Source: Podarcis pityusensis (Eukaryota). Taken from it: a stretch of 64,000 bases of DNA. The notes under the pieces are model-generated. The model ran no database searches. It was not told the origin of the DNA and saw only the letters and a list, made by a program, of their open reading frames with translations. Position numbers and translations under genes: made by a program. This document shows positions 8,810-21,175 of this stretch, one piece after another. Within the stretch, counting starts at the first letter, position 1. Every line of letters starts with the position of its first letter. The stretch is from NCBI GenBank assembly GCA_964106645.2, contig OZ067039.1. One strand, given 5' to 3'.

Positions 8810-9565
8810 TGTCAGAGTTGCTTCCAGATCCTAGCTCACAGAGGATCACGCTAGCCAGCGATCATTAAATAAAAGTCTTTATTGAGTTACAGTTTCCATT
8901 CTCAAGCTGCTGCGTGCAACCCTACGTCTAATGGTTAGATCGGCGAAGCTCCATCTGAGTCTCCGCCCCTTGTACACCAACTTAATATCCTAGCCTTGCT
9001 CCACCTTTTCCGCCTGACTGTTCTTCTCTGGGTCCCTCTGCCCCCCGGGGTCTCTTCCTTCCGGGATTCCTCTGACGCTGACCCCCCTGACTCTTCTCCC
9101 TCCTTTCGGCGGGCTTTAGGACCTGGCTCCCTTTCCGGGCTGCCTACTGCGCCACCTTCCTGTGCATTTGAACTTGGCGCGCGCGCCCAACCTTCCACTT
9201 TCCGTCTGACCGTTTCTTCGCTCCCCGATGGAGGTGTGGCCACTCCTGACTCGTGCCCTCCCCCCTGTTGTGAGCTGCCAGCGCTTGATCCCTGGCGCCC
9301 TTCCTCTTCCCTGCTCTCTGGCGGTCACGCTGGTCCCGATTTCCAACTGCTCCCCTCTGAGTCCCCTCTGGCTCTATCTTCCTGGGGTGTCCCCCTAGGC
9401 TCCCCCCTTGCCCTGGCCACTGGTGCTCCTTTCTGTGAATCTTCTGATTCACTGGAAAGACTCGGAGATCTCGGGTCGTCGTCATCACTCATCTTTTCTT
9501 CTGCCTCCTCCCCCTCGCTTTCTGTTTCCTCCCTTGCCCTTGCCTCTGCTCCTGAACCCCTGACA
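8810..9565 (-). repeat. 5' LTR (756 bp)
   Basis: Direct repeat of 2998-3759. Differences seen: a 6-bp indel, G3520/C9326 and C3714/T9520. Confidence 0.95.
8982..8987 (-). promoter_or_regulatory. TATA-like box (TATTAA) of the 5' LTR promoter
   Basis: AT-rich hexamer in an otherwise GC-rich U3, about 32 nt upstream of the predicted self-priming 5' end. Confidence 0.6.
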
Positions 9566-10973
9566 GATGTGAACATAAACTCATTGCTGTAGCTCTGAAC
9601 CATGGTTTGCTGTTAGATATAACCCAGCCCAGAGTTTTCTTTGCAGCTGAATTTTTCAGAGAACTGAAAGAAATCTGTGTTGGACTGCATTTTAAAATGA
9701 GGGATGTAGCACCTTCCCTTAGTAAGACCCTACAGTCCTGGAAACATATATTGGTTACTCTTAACATTAAGAGCAAGGTAACTAAGAAGCATTGTGTGAA
9801 CAAACTATTTGGCTGACTGCTACAGGAAATGTAAATATAAATTAGACAGTAGAGCCAAATAATTTTTAACCGCATTTCTCTATTTCTAGATCCATATCTA
9901 TAACCTAGACGCAGTCCTTGGATAACAGTTTGACTTTCTTTGCAAAAAGAACTGTAGATTTGTGCAGTGAACTTTCTAGCGTGGCAAATGTAGTACTTGT
10001 TTGAATGTAATTCCAGTTTGTTTTGTTGGAACAAAATGTTTTGATTACTTTGTTTAGAAGGGCATTTTATTCCTGTGATCTAATTTAGCCTCCTGTGGAG
10101 ATTATGGGTAAACAATTTTTTTTTTTAAAAAAGTGTAACTTTGACTTAGGGCAAGCAGTTTGGGTAGGTAGCTAAAGTCAGTGTTTACTGGTCATGACCT
10201 GATTCATCATGAGTAAATATACCCCCCTCAATAAAAGACGAGTGTTTTTTATTTGCAATATTTCACACATGTGCTTTTTATGGTGAGTAATTTATTGAAA
10301 CTTGGAGCTGAAGTCTAATGCTGCCTCAAATTTTATAGCTCCTTGTACTTTGAAAAATCACTTTAATCTTAAAAGCTGTCCCCCCCTTCAATATGTGTTT
10401 GATCATTGTTACTAAAAAATCTTTGATTAAAACCTTATTTGTGAAGCATTTCTAACAACATTTTACATTATGCTGTTTGTGTTCAAGGCTGCTTTTTATT
10501 ATTAACGATGTAGAATCCGTAGCACCCTTTTCTTGAGGATGTATTAGAGAAATCATGAATGCTTCATAAATACATCAAACTTTTCCAACAGAACAGCCCA
10601 TCTAGTCTCTTGAACTTTTAAAAATGTCCAACTTAACCTTTTTAGGAAGGCGAGCAGAGGGAGGAATGAGAGGTAGTAGAGGACTTCTCTAGGGTCCTTA
10701 ACAGCTATCCTCTGTCTTGATTTTAATTTTATTGATTTTTTAGTCAGAGCTTTCCCTGGAAATGCTGTTTCCTTTATTCACTAGGAGAGATTCCCATTTC
10801 AGAGTCAGAATGCCTTCCTTTGGTATGAATTGGGCTGCCCAAAGGCACTGCTATTGATAATGAATAATATTTATAGTTTCATGCTTTCAACTACCCTGAT
10901 CAGTAGCAAGTTTCAGTGGCAATCTTTATAGGAACAGCAGCCTTGAACAAAGTGAATATTGAGGACTTACGTA

Positions 10974-11292
10974 CCATATTTTTCGTCCTATAGGGCGCAC
11001 CGGCCCATAGGACGCACCTCGTTTTTTGGGGGGGAAATGAATAAAAAAAAATTCAGGCTGCAGGCTGCAGGCTGCTGCCCGCAAGCCTTGTGAGCCCGCG
11101 GGAACTCCCGCTGGGCTCACAAGGCTTGCAGATAGCTTCCTGAAGCCTGGAGAGTGAGAGGGGTCGGTGCACACCGATGCCTCTCGCTCTCCAGGCTTCA
11201 GCAAAAGCCTGCATTCGCCCCATAGGTCGCACACACATTTCCCCTTCATTTTTGGAGGGGGAAAAGTGCGTCCTATGGGGCGAAAAATACGG
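10974..11292. mobile_element. Tc1/mariner-superfamily (Tc2/pogo-like) MITE
   Basis: TIRs ccatatttttcgtcctatagggcgcac / gtgcgtcctatggggcgaaaaatacgg, flanked by TA on both sides. Confidence 0.75.
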
Positions 11293-12616
11293 TATATGTT
11301 TCTAAAGAAAGATATTTGGAGGGGGTGGGGTCAGCATGGGAATGGACAGGCACTCAGAAAAATAATCCCTTTCTTTAAGTGGAATTGATTCTCCCAATAG
11401 CCACGCAAAACTCTTTTTCTAGCTAGCAGTTTGGCATCACTGCATTCTAGCTGCTAATCATCTACCCCCACCCAGTCAGGTGGGTTGGGAAGCCGTAAAA
11501 TCCACCAATACATACATTATACCAGTGTCCTAGTTGGCATATTTGGCAGGATGAAACATATTTAGCTATTACAAAAAATCATCTCACATTGCAAGACTGT
11601 CAAACTGTTTACAAGATTGGGTGAACCATTATTTTGGTTACTAATCTATACAATTCAGCAAGATGATACAGGACTTCTGAAATATGCAAGAAGGAAGGAA
11701 TAGCTACATACACAGGCAGCATTTTTTTAAAAAAAAAATTAGCACAACGACTTGAATGGTTTTCTCATTATGCTCTAGAAATTGACCCACAACTGAAGCA
11801 GTAAAAAGTACAAATTATTTTTGGGATGGCTATTGCTGGTTTCTTGGTGTAAATTTCTGAAATTGTCAGCAGGTGGCGATCTTGGTCTGTAGAATAGACT
11901 AAAAGAGGTTCCTTATTTTTTTGCTAGCCAATTTTGGTAGGGTGGTCTCTGCAAGTATGTTATCTCCGTAGCTACTCTGTTTCCAACTGAATTAGTTTAT
12001 TTCCTGAAAAGCTTTTCTTACAAGTTAAGGACTCGGAAGCACCAAACATTATTGATCAGAGGAGAAACAATCGTTTTGCTTCAGAAATGGTTGGATGGGT
12101 AGAGTTTAGTAGAAAAACTTCTCCTTCTTTTTAAAGGTCTTTATTGCATTTATTTACATAGGTCTGTACCAGGAATGGGAAATGGATTGCCTTCTGGATT
12201 AATAGGACTTCAGCTCCCATCAGCCCTGACTATTGACCATGCTGGCAGAGGCTGATGGGAGTTAGAGACACACTGGAGTGTCATAGGTTCCCCATCCCTG
12301 GGGAATGTGAACATAGAAATACAGAAAGCCTACCTTGTAAACAAGTCAGATCATTGGCCCATCTAGCTTTTTATTGCCTACACATACTGACAGTGACATT
12401 CTAGGACAGGATTTCCCAAGCTTTGGTCTCCAGCTGTTTTTGGACTATGAGCCTCATTGTTCCTGACTACTGGTCTTGCTAGCTAGGGATGATGGGATTT
12501 TTAAAAAGAAATGGGGAGGTAGGGTGATTTAAGCAGTAAAGGCAGGTATGTCCTTTTTTGTTTTGTTTTTACAACTTTTCTTTCTTTAAGATTTTTATTC
12601 CACTTTAAGTGATGTA

Positions 12617-12856
12617 CTGTCATACCTCGGGTTGAAGTAGCTTCGGGTTGAGCGTTTTCGGGTTGCACTCCGCGGCGACCCGGAAGTAATGGAACACGTT
12701 ACTTCCGGGTTTCGCCTCATGTGCAGATGCTCAAAATGACATCATGCGCATGCGCAGAAGCGGCAAATCGTGGCACGCACAGATGTGGGTTGCCTTCGCT
12801 TCAGGATGCGAATGGGGCTCCGGAACGGATCCCGTTCACATCCAGAGGTACCACTG
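12617..12856. mobile_element. Tigger/pogo-like MITE, family B
   Basis: Ends ctgtcatacctcggg / ccagaggtaccactg with TA flanks. Internal palindrome cccggaagtaa...ttacttccggg. A second copy lies at about 47338. Confidence 0.75.
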
Positions 12857-14402
12857 TAGCTAGCCAGCCAACCATAGTCCCCCACAGTGCCTTGGATTGA
12901 ATGACACGATGTCACAGGTAATGGAACATTGCTTAATGGCCTATGTTATAAACCAGCCACTCCCACTTTCTGGCTAGCAGGAGTGAGCCACCAGGGATTA
13001 GGTAGGGTTCTTCACCAAAAAATATCCCCATGACCACTTTAGGATCGCTTGACCAAGCAATAAACTTCCAACATGAAATGGAGCAAAATCTTAGCTAATA
13101 TGCACCCATCTCGGCGGAATAAAATCTGAATGGGAAGTCTAATTGATTAGCATTAAGAAGTGGTTCTTATAGCTAGCACTTTTTTTTGGTAGCAGTACTG
13201 TTTATGGATGAAATATAACAAGATGTTATGTACATTTCTAGCATGTTTTAATAATTTGTTTAACAATTAGGAGAAAATAGAATGTTTAAAAATTTAAACA
13301 TTAATGAAATATTAAACAGGATTTTTGTTTTTGTATTCATCCATTATTCAACCAAATAGGAAGTTTGCTTCCTAGGCTTTCTTCTGAAATGAAAAGCCTG
13401 CTATATAGTTTATCAGATATGGCAGTTCTAAACTCTGTTCATCATTTATGATCACAGCAAGCTTGGGAAGGGAAGAGAACCCCTCTTTCTGTTTAGCTCC
13501 AAGATTGAGCGTGCCTGAGAACTCCCTGCATGGTTCATAAGGTGGTCAGGCATTTTGGTAGCTGCACAAAAAAACATTGGCCAAATCCTGTCCTTACCTG
13601 TCTGACATGAAGTGCAGAGTGGGTGACAGCCTCATGGGTCAAATAGAGAAGTCTGCTGTGCCAAGAGCGGTTCTCTACCCTGATCTAGAGATACAAAAAA
13701 AACCACCTGAGGAGCTGAAGGTATCTTGCCTTGCCTCAGGGAACAGTATAACCCTGTAAGATGTTCAAAGCAGTCTTGAACACAAAGTTCAAACCCCCAT
13801 CACAGGCAAGAATGTCACTGTGAGAAATAGCCTGGCAGAAAGTGCAAAAGTAGTAACAGCTACTAAAGCACTGGTGTCAATTGGCAATGTGGTTATTCTT
13901 GAATTGGCAGCTGGGATATTGAAAGGAAAATTCAGGAGCCAGCTGATGAAATTTGATGTTCATTATTATGAAATCCTATTTTTAAACAGGGGAACTTCTG
14001 CGACATTTCTCTTCCATGCAAATGATAAATGTTGATTCAAAAAGAAGCAAAGCATTGGGGTGTTGTCGCAGCTAAGTATAATTTTCCATGGGCATTACAA
14101 CTTGCCACGTGGACATGATGCTGGCCTGCAACTTGTGAATGCATAGTAAAATGTCACAGGCACAAGGTCTTGCTTTGGAGGCATTTATTTATGAAATCAT
14201 TCATCAATGAATTTTCACACGTCACAAATTGGTAACAGGTCATTTGCCAGAAAACCTTTTTTCCCCACTGTTTCCAATAAGTATTACCATAAGTTGGACA
14301 ACTGCCCATGAAACATTAGCTGTTTATGTATATTGGTTTATGTATATTGCCACAGATGGGGAGAAAAGTGATACACACATTTAAAGAAAACACTTATCTA
14401 AG

Positions 14403-14780
14403 GTAAAGGTAAAGGGACCCCTGACAGTTAAGCCCAGTCGCGACTCTGGGGTTGCAGCGCTCATCTCGCTTTACAGGCTGAGGGAGCCGACATTTGTCCG
14501 CAGACAGTTTTTCCGGGTCATGTGGCCAGCATGACTAAGCCGCTTCTGGTACAATGGAACACTGAAATCAGAGCATCGCACGGAAACGCCGTTTACCTTC
14601 CCGCTGGAGCGGTACCTATTAATCTACTTGCACTTTTGGTGTGCTTTCAAACTGCTAGGTTGGCAGGAGCTGGGACTGAGCAACGGGAGCTCTCCCCATC
14701 ACGGGGATTCGAACCGCCAACCTTTTGATCAGCAAGCTCAAGGCTCAGTGGTTTAGACCACAGCGCCACCCGCATCCCTA
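14403..14780 (-). mobile_element. Sauria SINE, full length
   Basis: Reverse complement of the 2159 copy. 11-bp TSD acttatctaag at 14392-14402 and 14781-14791. Confidence 0.88.
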
Positions 14781-15436
14781 ACTTATCTAAGTTACACATA
14801 AATTATTGAGGTTGCTAAACGGTTTCATCATCATCATCATCATCATTATTATCATCCTATACCTGGAGGTCTCAGGACGGTTCACAGAATAAAATATAAA
14901 ACCACAAAGTACATCATCAAAATAAAAACAACAACCCAATAACCCCCACTCCCCCCAAAAACCCACATTTTAAAAGGGCACAGGATCCTCCTCACAACAT
15001 TTAAAGTAAGACAATTAACAAACCTGGACAAGAGCCACCCATTGGAAAGACCATGATCTCAGAAATGTCTGCAGCAATATTTATTGGCAACCAAATTGGC
15101 TGGGTGCCTTTCTGATACAAAGACAAAAATAGCTTTGAAAAAGGGGAGGGGGGTAGCTTTGGTTGTTGAGTAGATGTAACATATTCCTCTTCCGCAAGGG
15201 GAAGGCCTGTATCTAATGTTGCAAATGAGTCCTCTTTGCTGTGTTTCATCTTCTTTCTTCTTGGCGCTGTTTCCACCGCTGATGAGCTTCCACCAGGTGG
15301 TTGTTTGTCCATGCCAGAAAGCCACCATGACTTTCTGGATCAGCCTCTTGGTCAGAGCCTGTGTATCTGCCAAGGTCTGGAAGGATGCTTGGGTCACAGC
15401 TTTCAGAAACGAAATAACAAGAAAGCACTTAAACTA

Positions 15437-16204
15437 ATATTCACATGTGGTGGGAATGCACAGCCATTAAGGAATTTTTCAATCTATAATGAATTAGAAA
15501 AGTTATTTAAGTTCTCATTTAAGAAAAAACCTGAAACCTTCCTCCTAGGCATAATGTCATCAGAAATAAAAAAAGATGTTAGACCACTTTTTATGTATAT
15601 GACAGTAGCAGCCAGGATCTTAATTGCAAGTAACTGGAAAAGTGATAAAACACCTACTATAAACGAGTGGCAGGTCCAAATGATAGAATATCTGCAGTTG
15701 GCTATGATGACAGGGAGAGTCATAGGATATCTAAAACAGAAAGTACAGAAAGAATGGAAAATCTTTAAAGAATACCTGGAAAACTATTTTAATAATAAAC
15801 ATCTCCTGGAAGAACTAGAATGATTCTTGTAAAATAAGAAACATAATGCTTTTGGTATCTGATAAAAATAAAGAAAGTAATACAGTAATTTGGAACTGTG
15901 TGTGAAAGAACAATAGAAATAATAATACAATGAGTCTAATCGGAAGTTAAATGTGTTTATTCTTTTTTTCAATTCTTTTCTTTATTAATTTCCTTTTTTT
16001 TTTCTTCTCCCCCTTTCTTTTGGTCTCCTTCTTTCTGATCTGCTAAGAAAGAGATAAAGTTAAACATGAAAAGTTGACTAACACAAAGTGATGTTTTGTA
16101 GTTTGTTAACTATTGTTAAAGATGGTCAACTGTAATGAATTGATGTTTTAGTTATTGTTGATTTATTGTTATTGTTGAATCTTAAATAAAAGTTATATTT
16201 AAAA
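15437..16204 (+). mobile_element. 5'-truncated L1-clade LINE (ORF2 C-terminus plus 3' UTR)
   Basis: HMWWEC remnant, then PETFLLGI...AARILIA.NWK...EW (L1 ORF2 tail), stop at 15823, AATAAA and A tail. 15-bp TSD aaagcacttaaacta at 15422-15436 and 16205-16219. Confidence 0.85.
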
Positions 16205-16676
16205 AAAGCACTTAAACTACCAGTGGCATGCTTCTTGATTATTTTTGTAGGGAGGATCAAGGCAGTTAACAAATAGTTTAAGGTTAATTGGAATGAAATA
16301 GTATTAGCTAAGACATGAAATATTATGTAAAGAAGCTTGCAAATGTTTCATTGGTCACTATGAATTATCTAGTATAACGTAATGTAGGAATATAATATCC
16401 CTGGATGTTCAAATGGCTGCAGCTGCTCCACCCCCCTTTGTTTAATGGCTTTATCTTCTATAATGCAACATATTTTATGTTTTGTTTTAATTTCATATGG
16501 CCTTTTAGTACCCTTGTGATGGAAAGGCATGATAGAAATATAAATAAACAAATGGTTTTTTGTAAATTGCTTTGAGATGCCTCATGGGAAGTGATATACA
16601 AATGAAATAAATAAATAAACAATAGTTTTCAGTAAGCTCTAATTTGTTTTGTATTCCCCCGTCCCGCCTACAATAG

Positions 16677-16773
16677 GGAACAATATACATATAATGGGAA
16701 GCGAGCACTAAAGTCCCGTTCTATGAGTCCACTTCATCTGCCAGAAGAGAACAACTTTACCTCAAAGACACCA
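16677..16773 (+). CDS. CEP112: CEP112 coding exon ((R)EQYTYNGKRALKSRSMSPLHLPEENNFTSKTP)
   Basis: caatag acceptor and gtaaga donor. Phase 2 in, phase 0 out. Resembles recalled mammalian REQYTGKLRVRSHSLSPTH. Confidence 0.82.
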
Positions 16774-17918
16774 GTAAGATTATTTTCTATTTTATTTTCT
16801 ATTTGCAGTAAAATTTCTTGAATGGTCAGTTTGTATGCTGAAACTCATGAACCGTACAGGCAAGAAATTTGTGATAAATAGGACAAAAACCTGCTCTGGC
16901 ACAAGGTTTCTGGCTTGCATTAAGCCAAAATTCCTCATTATGTCCTAACCAGTGGACTGTTTTAATGTCAGTTAACAAATCAGGATCTTCATGTTGAAAT
17001 ACATGGCAAGGTTCAATGGAGATTGGCTTGTATTTCAACATGAAGATCCTGGCTTATTTTACTGGTTTGTTAAATGACATTTAAACAGTGGTGGACTTGT
17101 AATGGGGAAAGGAAAAGGGGTGCTTATTCCTGGGTCCATAAACCATGGTTTATGAAGCCAGAAATGGTGGTCTTACCTGGACCATTGCATTTTGACAGCG
17201 TGGGTTTTAAGGGAGTGTTTTCATCAGATATGGTAAGTCATACAAACTTTGTTTCCGAAATGGCCCACTTGTGTGAGAAGGCCATCCTAATAATTTTCAA
17301 GGCTAGACTTGTGTATATTTGTAGTAGTTGCCTTCTACAGATTGCTGAGGAGTTGGGAGGAATCCTTTTGAGATTTTGTAAGCAAGTCACCAAAGACATG
17401 AATAACTGATTGGTTATGGGGCTTTAGATGATTGACCACGTTATTGATTAACATATTGGGTACTCACTGTAGCTGCATGATATAGAAATACCAGCAGTCA
17501 AATACAGTTTCATGGGGAGTAGTGGCATTAAACAGACACCGCTTGCTTTAAATTTATGGGACCTAGAGTAGACTGTTCAGAATAAAATGCAGTTCTCATT
17601 CCCCCCCCCCCAATATATTTATTTAGCCTGTAATCCAAAGCACATACTAGGGACTAAGTTTCAGTGAACAGTGGGGGACTTTCTTGTATGTACATATACC
17701 TAGGATTGCACTGTTAGTGGCTAATGTGTTGGGACTTCTGCTTGGATTAGTAAATTGCCTGAGCAACTTCAATATGTGATCCACCTTGAACTGGAGCTAG
17801 AAAATGAATTTCCAACACTTGCCAACATTTCCTTATTAGAAATGATAAACTTTTTGCTTTGCTGTTTCTCCATGTTTGCTCCAGCTATAACATTTCATCT
17901 GAACATTTAATATTCCAG

Positions 17919-17993
17919 GAGGATCGTCACACACAAAAAATGTCTTTGGATGACAGTGACCTTGAAGCTCGTCTCAACAGTTGGAATCTTGGG
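17919..17993 (+). CDS. CEP112: CEP112 coding exon (EDRHTQKMSLDDSDLEARLNSWNLG)
   Basis: Conserved SLDDSDxEARLNSWNLG. ttccag acceptor chosen for phase 0; gtaaaa donor. An alternative acceptor exists at 17885. Confidence 0.85.
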
Positions 17994-18689
17994 GTAAAAT
18001 AAACATGCATTTCTTTGATTTGCTGGCTTTAGAAGAAAATGCATTTGTAATTTAGTCTCAACAGTATGGTCACTAAGTGTCTTTTTAGGCCTGGTTCACA
18101 TGTCAAATTAAACTATGGTTTAAAATAGTGGGACTGTGAAGTCCCTATTGTTCTCTTTGCCCATTCTTTTCTTTGGTTTGTTTGCTCCCCAGCCTGCCAA
18201 AGACTGGCTTTGCATTATATGTTTCCCTTAAACAAACCATGAATTGCCAGCCCAGAGTGAATCTTGGTTCCTGCTTGTGGTGTATTTTGGGGGTAATGCA
18301 CCATGAGCCATGGTTTGTACATAATGCAAAGCAAGCCTCTGGTTAGTTTCCTCTCTGGTGTGCCAAAGAAAGGAGTAGGAGAGGAACACAATGGGGGCTT
18401 TCAAGCAGTGTGCACGAGGCATTAAGCCACAGCTTATCTTAAACATTTGGTTTAATGTTATGCATCATCCATAATGTTAGCATGGAAAGAAATTGGAATA
18501 AATCTTAAGAGGCTATGAAGATTCAGGTAGGTAGGCTATGAAGGTTATTGTTTTTGACACATCAAGGTAGGCTGAAATGATGAAATGTTCATCATTTGCT
18601 GAACAAATGATGCCATGGATTCATAACACTACAAGGGACGTTAAGCTGAGTGAGAAAAAAGAAAATTCCTCTACCTTTAGAATATTTGC

Positions 18690-19250
18690 ATAAGCAAATA
18701 AAGGGAGCCCAGCTGGATCAGGCAAAAGTCCATCTCGTTCAATATCCGGCTTCCCAAGGCGTCTTAACAGATACCTCCTGGAAAATCCAGAAGCAAGGCA
18801 TAAAGCCAAAGCGCTCTCACCTGCTATTGCTCCTCAAATTTGTTATTTGATCAGAATTTTAATGTCATTGGTCCTGGAGAATCAATGTAGCCATTGGTGC
18901 CATCTATCCTTCATAAATTTCTCCAGCCTGCTTTTAAAACAATGTGAGCTAGCTGCCATTTTCAAATCTTAGAGCAGCAAATTTCATACATTAATGTTGT
19001 GATGCATGAAAAAGACAAACACGGCCTGAATTTACTGGCTATCAGTTTCCTAGCAGGGAGGCTGTCTCTAGCCATTCCCCCACACCATACACTATTTTAC
19101 AAACTTTGGTTTCCTCCCCCTACCCTACGTTTTTCCAATCCGATAAGTTCCGAACATCATAGCTTTTTACTATAGGGAGGGGGTTTCAGCCTGATGATAT
19201 TTTCAGGAGGAGTGGATGTGCTGGATCTGGTCAGGGTAGAAGGTATCCTG
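18690..19250 (-). mobile_element. Degraded CR1-like LINE 3' remnant
   Basis: Recognisable CR1-type 3' end motifs (tagccattggt...ctatccttcataaatttctccagcctgctttt). Boundaries are approximate. Confidence 0.4.
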
Positions 19251-21018
19251 TTCCTGTTTTGCATTATAAAATGTTTTCCACTCTTCTGACATCGGTGGAA
19301 GGGGAGAAGTGCTGGTGTAGTTTTGGCCTTTGTGGGGGCATGCCAGAGAAACAAAGGGACTGTGGATCCTGCAGATCCAAGGCCTCTCCCAATCTGCCTC
19401 TGACACACCCTTTTTTATCCACTACTGCTATGGAAATACAGTTCGTCTCTGCTGGCAGGTCTTTCTGCTGCAAAAATGGGTGCTTCTCTGGGGGCACAAG
19501 TGCTTTTCTGGTGGTGAGCCTTCCTCTCTGCTGGAGGAGCAGTACGTACTTTACTTCAGTCACCCTTCAGCTGACTAAAGCCTGTTTTAGGAGTGCTCCC
19601 TAAGATCTATATTTCAGTATTTTGATTTAAAGTGTATGCCCCCCCCTTTAACAGCTTCTCATCTTATGATCAAAGAGTGTAATCAACCACTGTTTACAAA
19701 GGGGGGATTTGCCATTGACTTCATTAGGAAATGGACTGTTTCCCAGTATTCTTCAATAATTTTTTTTTTTATGTGTGTGTATGTTTACAATAACAGTAGA
19801 GTGTTTTTGTTAGGATCTAATGATGCATATGTGCATGCTTAAGCTTGTTTGTTGTAGTTTCTGAGATGTCTTGTTCTGAACATCATGCAGAGAGTCAAAA
19901 TTTCTAGAATGTTTGATGCTGTGGGCAATTCTGTCCTGCCACCCTAAAAACCTGGTTCTTTTGGTGGTGGTGGTGGGGAGAAATATATGCAATGGTTACT
20001 CAAAGCTGAAATGCTTTAACAACATAATGTATCGTTTTATAACCTGGTTAGGACATAAAATTGTACCATTTGGCATTTAGGAAAATTAAATGAAAATGCC
20101 TTATGTTTGGTATAAGCAAAATTGCTAATACCCAGTTGTAGTTTACATTCTTTGTGAGTCTTGCTAAGAGCTTTGTTCTCACCCAACTTTTCATATTTTT
20201 CCTCCTTGGCTTTGGCACACACAACAGGTCTCTTGCAGTTTCTGCTCCACCTTCTTCTGAATCTTTTTCTCCAGGAAGGCAGGACAATCAGCTGCTTGTT
20301 TTACCATCAGTAGTAGGGTGTCCCCATCATAGACATATGAGAGAGGTGTAAAAGTTGACTGCAAAGCCCAGTGCAAGTATAAAAAGACAATAGAAACAGG
20401 ATGCTTGTGTCCCATATCTCCAAACTAGAATAAAGGATAGTCCTCTTCATGAAGATGGTAGCAACTCCTAAGTGCAGAAATATTGGATTTTAGCATTATA
20501 TATGTCAGTATTATCATGCTCTAATGGTGTAAGATTGCCCTACATAAAACTTCAAAAGCATCATTTTCATTCTAAAAAAAATACTTCATAGGAATTTTTC
20601 TACTGTTTTCTAAACCTTCTTAAAAAAAATAAATCCAAATAGTTTTTCCCAGGTTGTCATTTGCAAAGATCAGACTTAAAAAGACAGCAAGATTTCTAAA
20701 CTTTGATGAAAATTTCTTAGGGGGTATAAAAAGGGGGAGAACCCCCAATATTTCCATTTCCCTTTGGCCTTCACATCTTCACTCATTTGGCCACAGGTTT
20801 TTGAGGAAGGAAGAAAACTCAGTTGACAAGTGCATAAGCACTCCATACTGGGTCTCTCAGTGACTCTTTCCTGATTTTAGGTCACCAGATGTTGTTGAAC
20901 TGCAACTCTTGTCATTCTCAGCTGGAATGTCCAGTAGTCAAATACGGTTGTGGTTCAACATTATTTGGAGACCCAAGATTGAGGAGGGCTGCTTTTGGCC
21001 TTGGCCTTGCATACGTTA

Positions 21019-21175
21019 CAGTGGAACCTCGGTTCCCAAATGAAATCCATTCTGGAAGCCCGTTTGGCTTCAGAAACGTTTGAAAATGGAAGCGTTTACC
21101 GGTACTTCCAGGTTTTCGGTGTTCGGGAACCGAAGTGTACGAGAATGGAGGCGTTCAGGAACCGAGGTTCCACTG
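21019..21175. mobile_element. Tigger/pogo-like MITE, family C
   Basis: TIRs cagtggaacctcggttcc / ggaaccgaggttccactg with TA flanks. Confidence 0.8.

Larger units (their letters stand above)
2998..9565 (-). mobile_element. Full-length Ty3/Gypsy LTR retrotransposon (chromovirus / sushi-like), recent insertion
   Basis: Two near-identical LTRs with TGTCAG...CTGACA termini. 5-bp TSD GATGT at 2993-2997 and 9566-9570. gag and pol in PR-RT-RH-IN order, with a PPT. Confidence 0.97.
13850..16368 (+). repeat. Old unidentified interspersed repeat, interrupted by a SINE, an L2 tail and an L1; inverted homolog at ~34330-34980
   Basis: By-eye collinear similarity of ~13850-14250, ~15390-15436 and ~16205-16368 to the reverse complement of 34330-34980. 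Confidence 0.6.

Noticed and set aside
10646-10672. Possible 27-nt symmetric micro-exon (tttag...gtagta)
   Set aside because: Weak donor and no similarity to CEP112. The expected exon was found at 16677.
15236-15823. 195-aa ORF as an independent gene
   Set aside because: A chance fusion of flanking sequence with a 5'-truncated L1 ORF2 tail bounded by a TSD.
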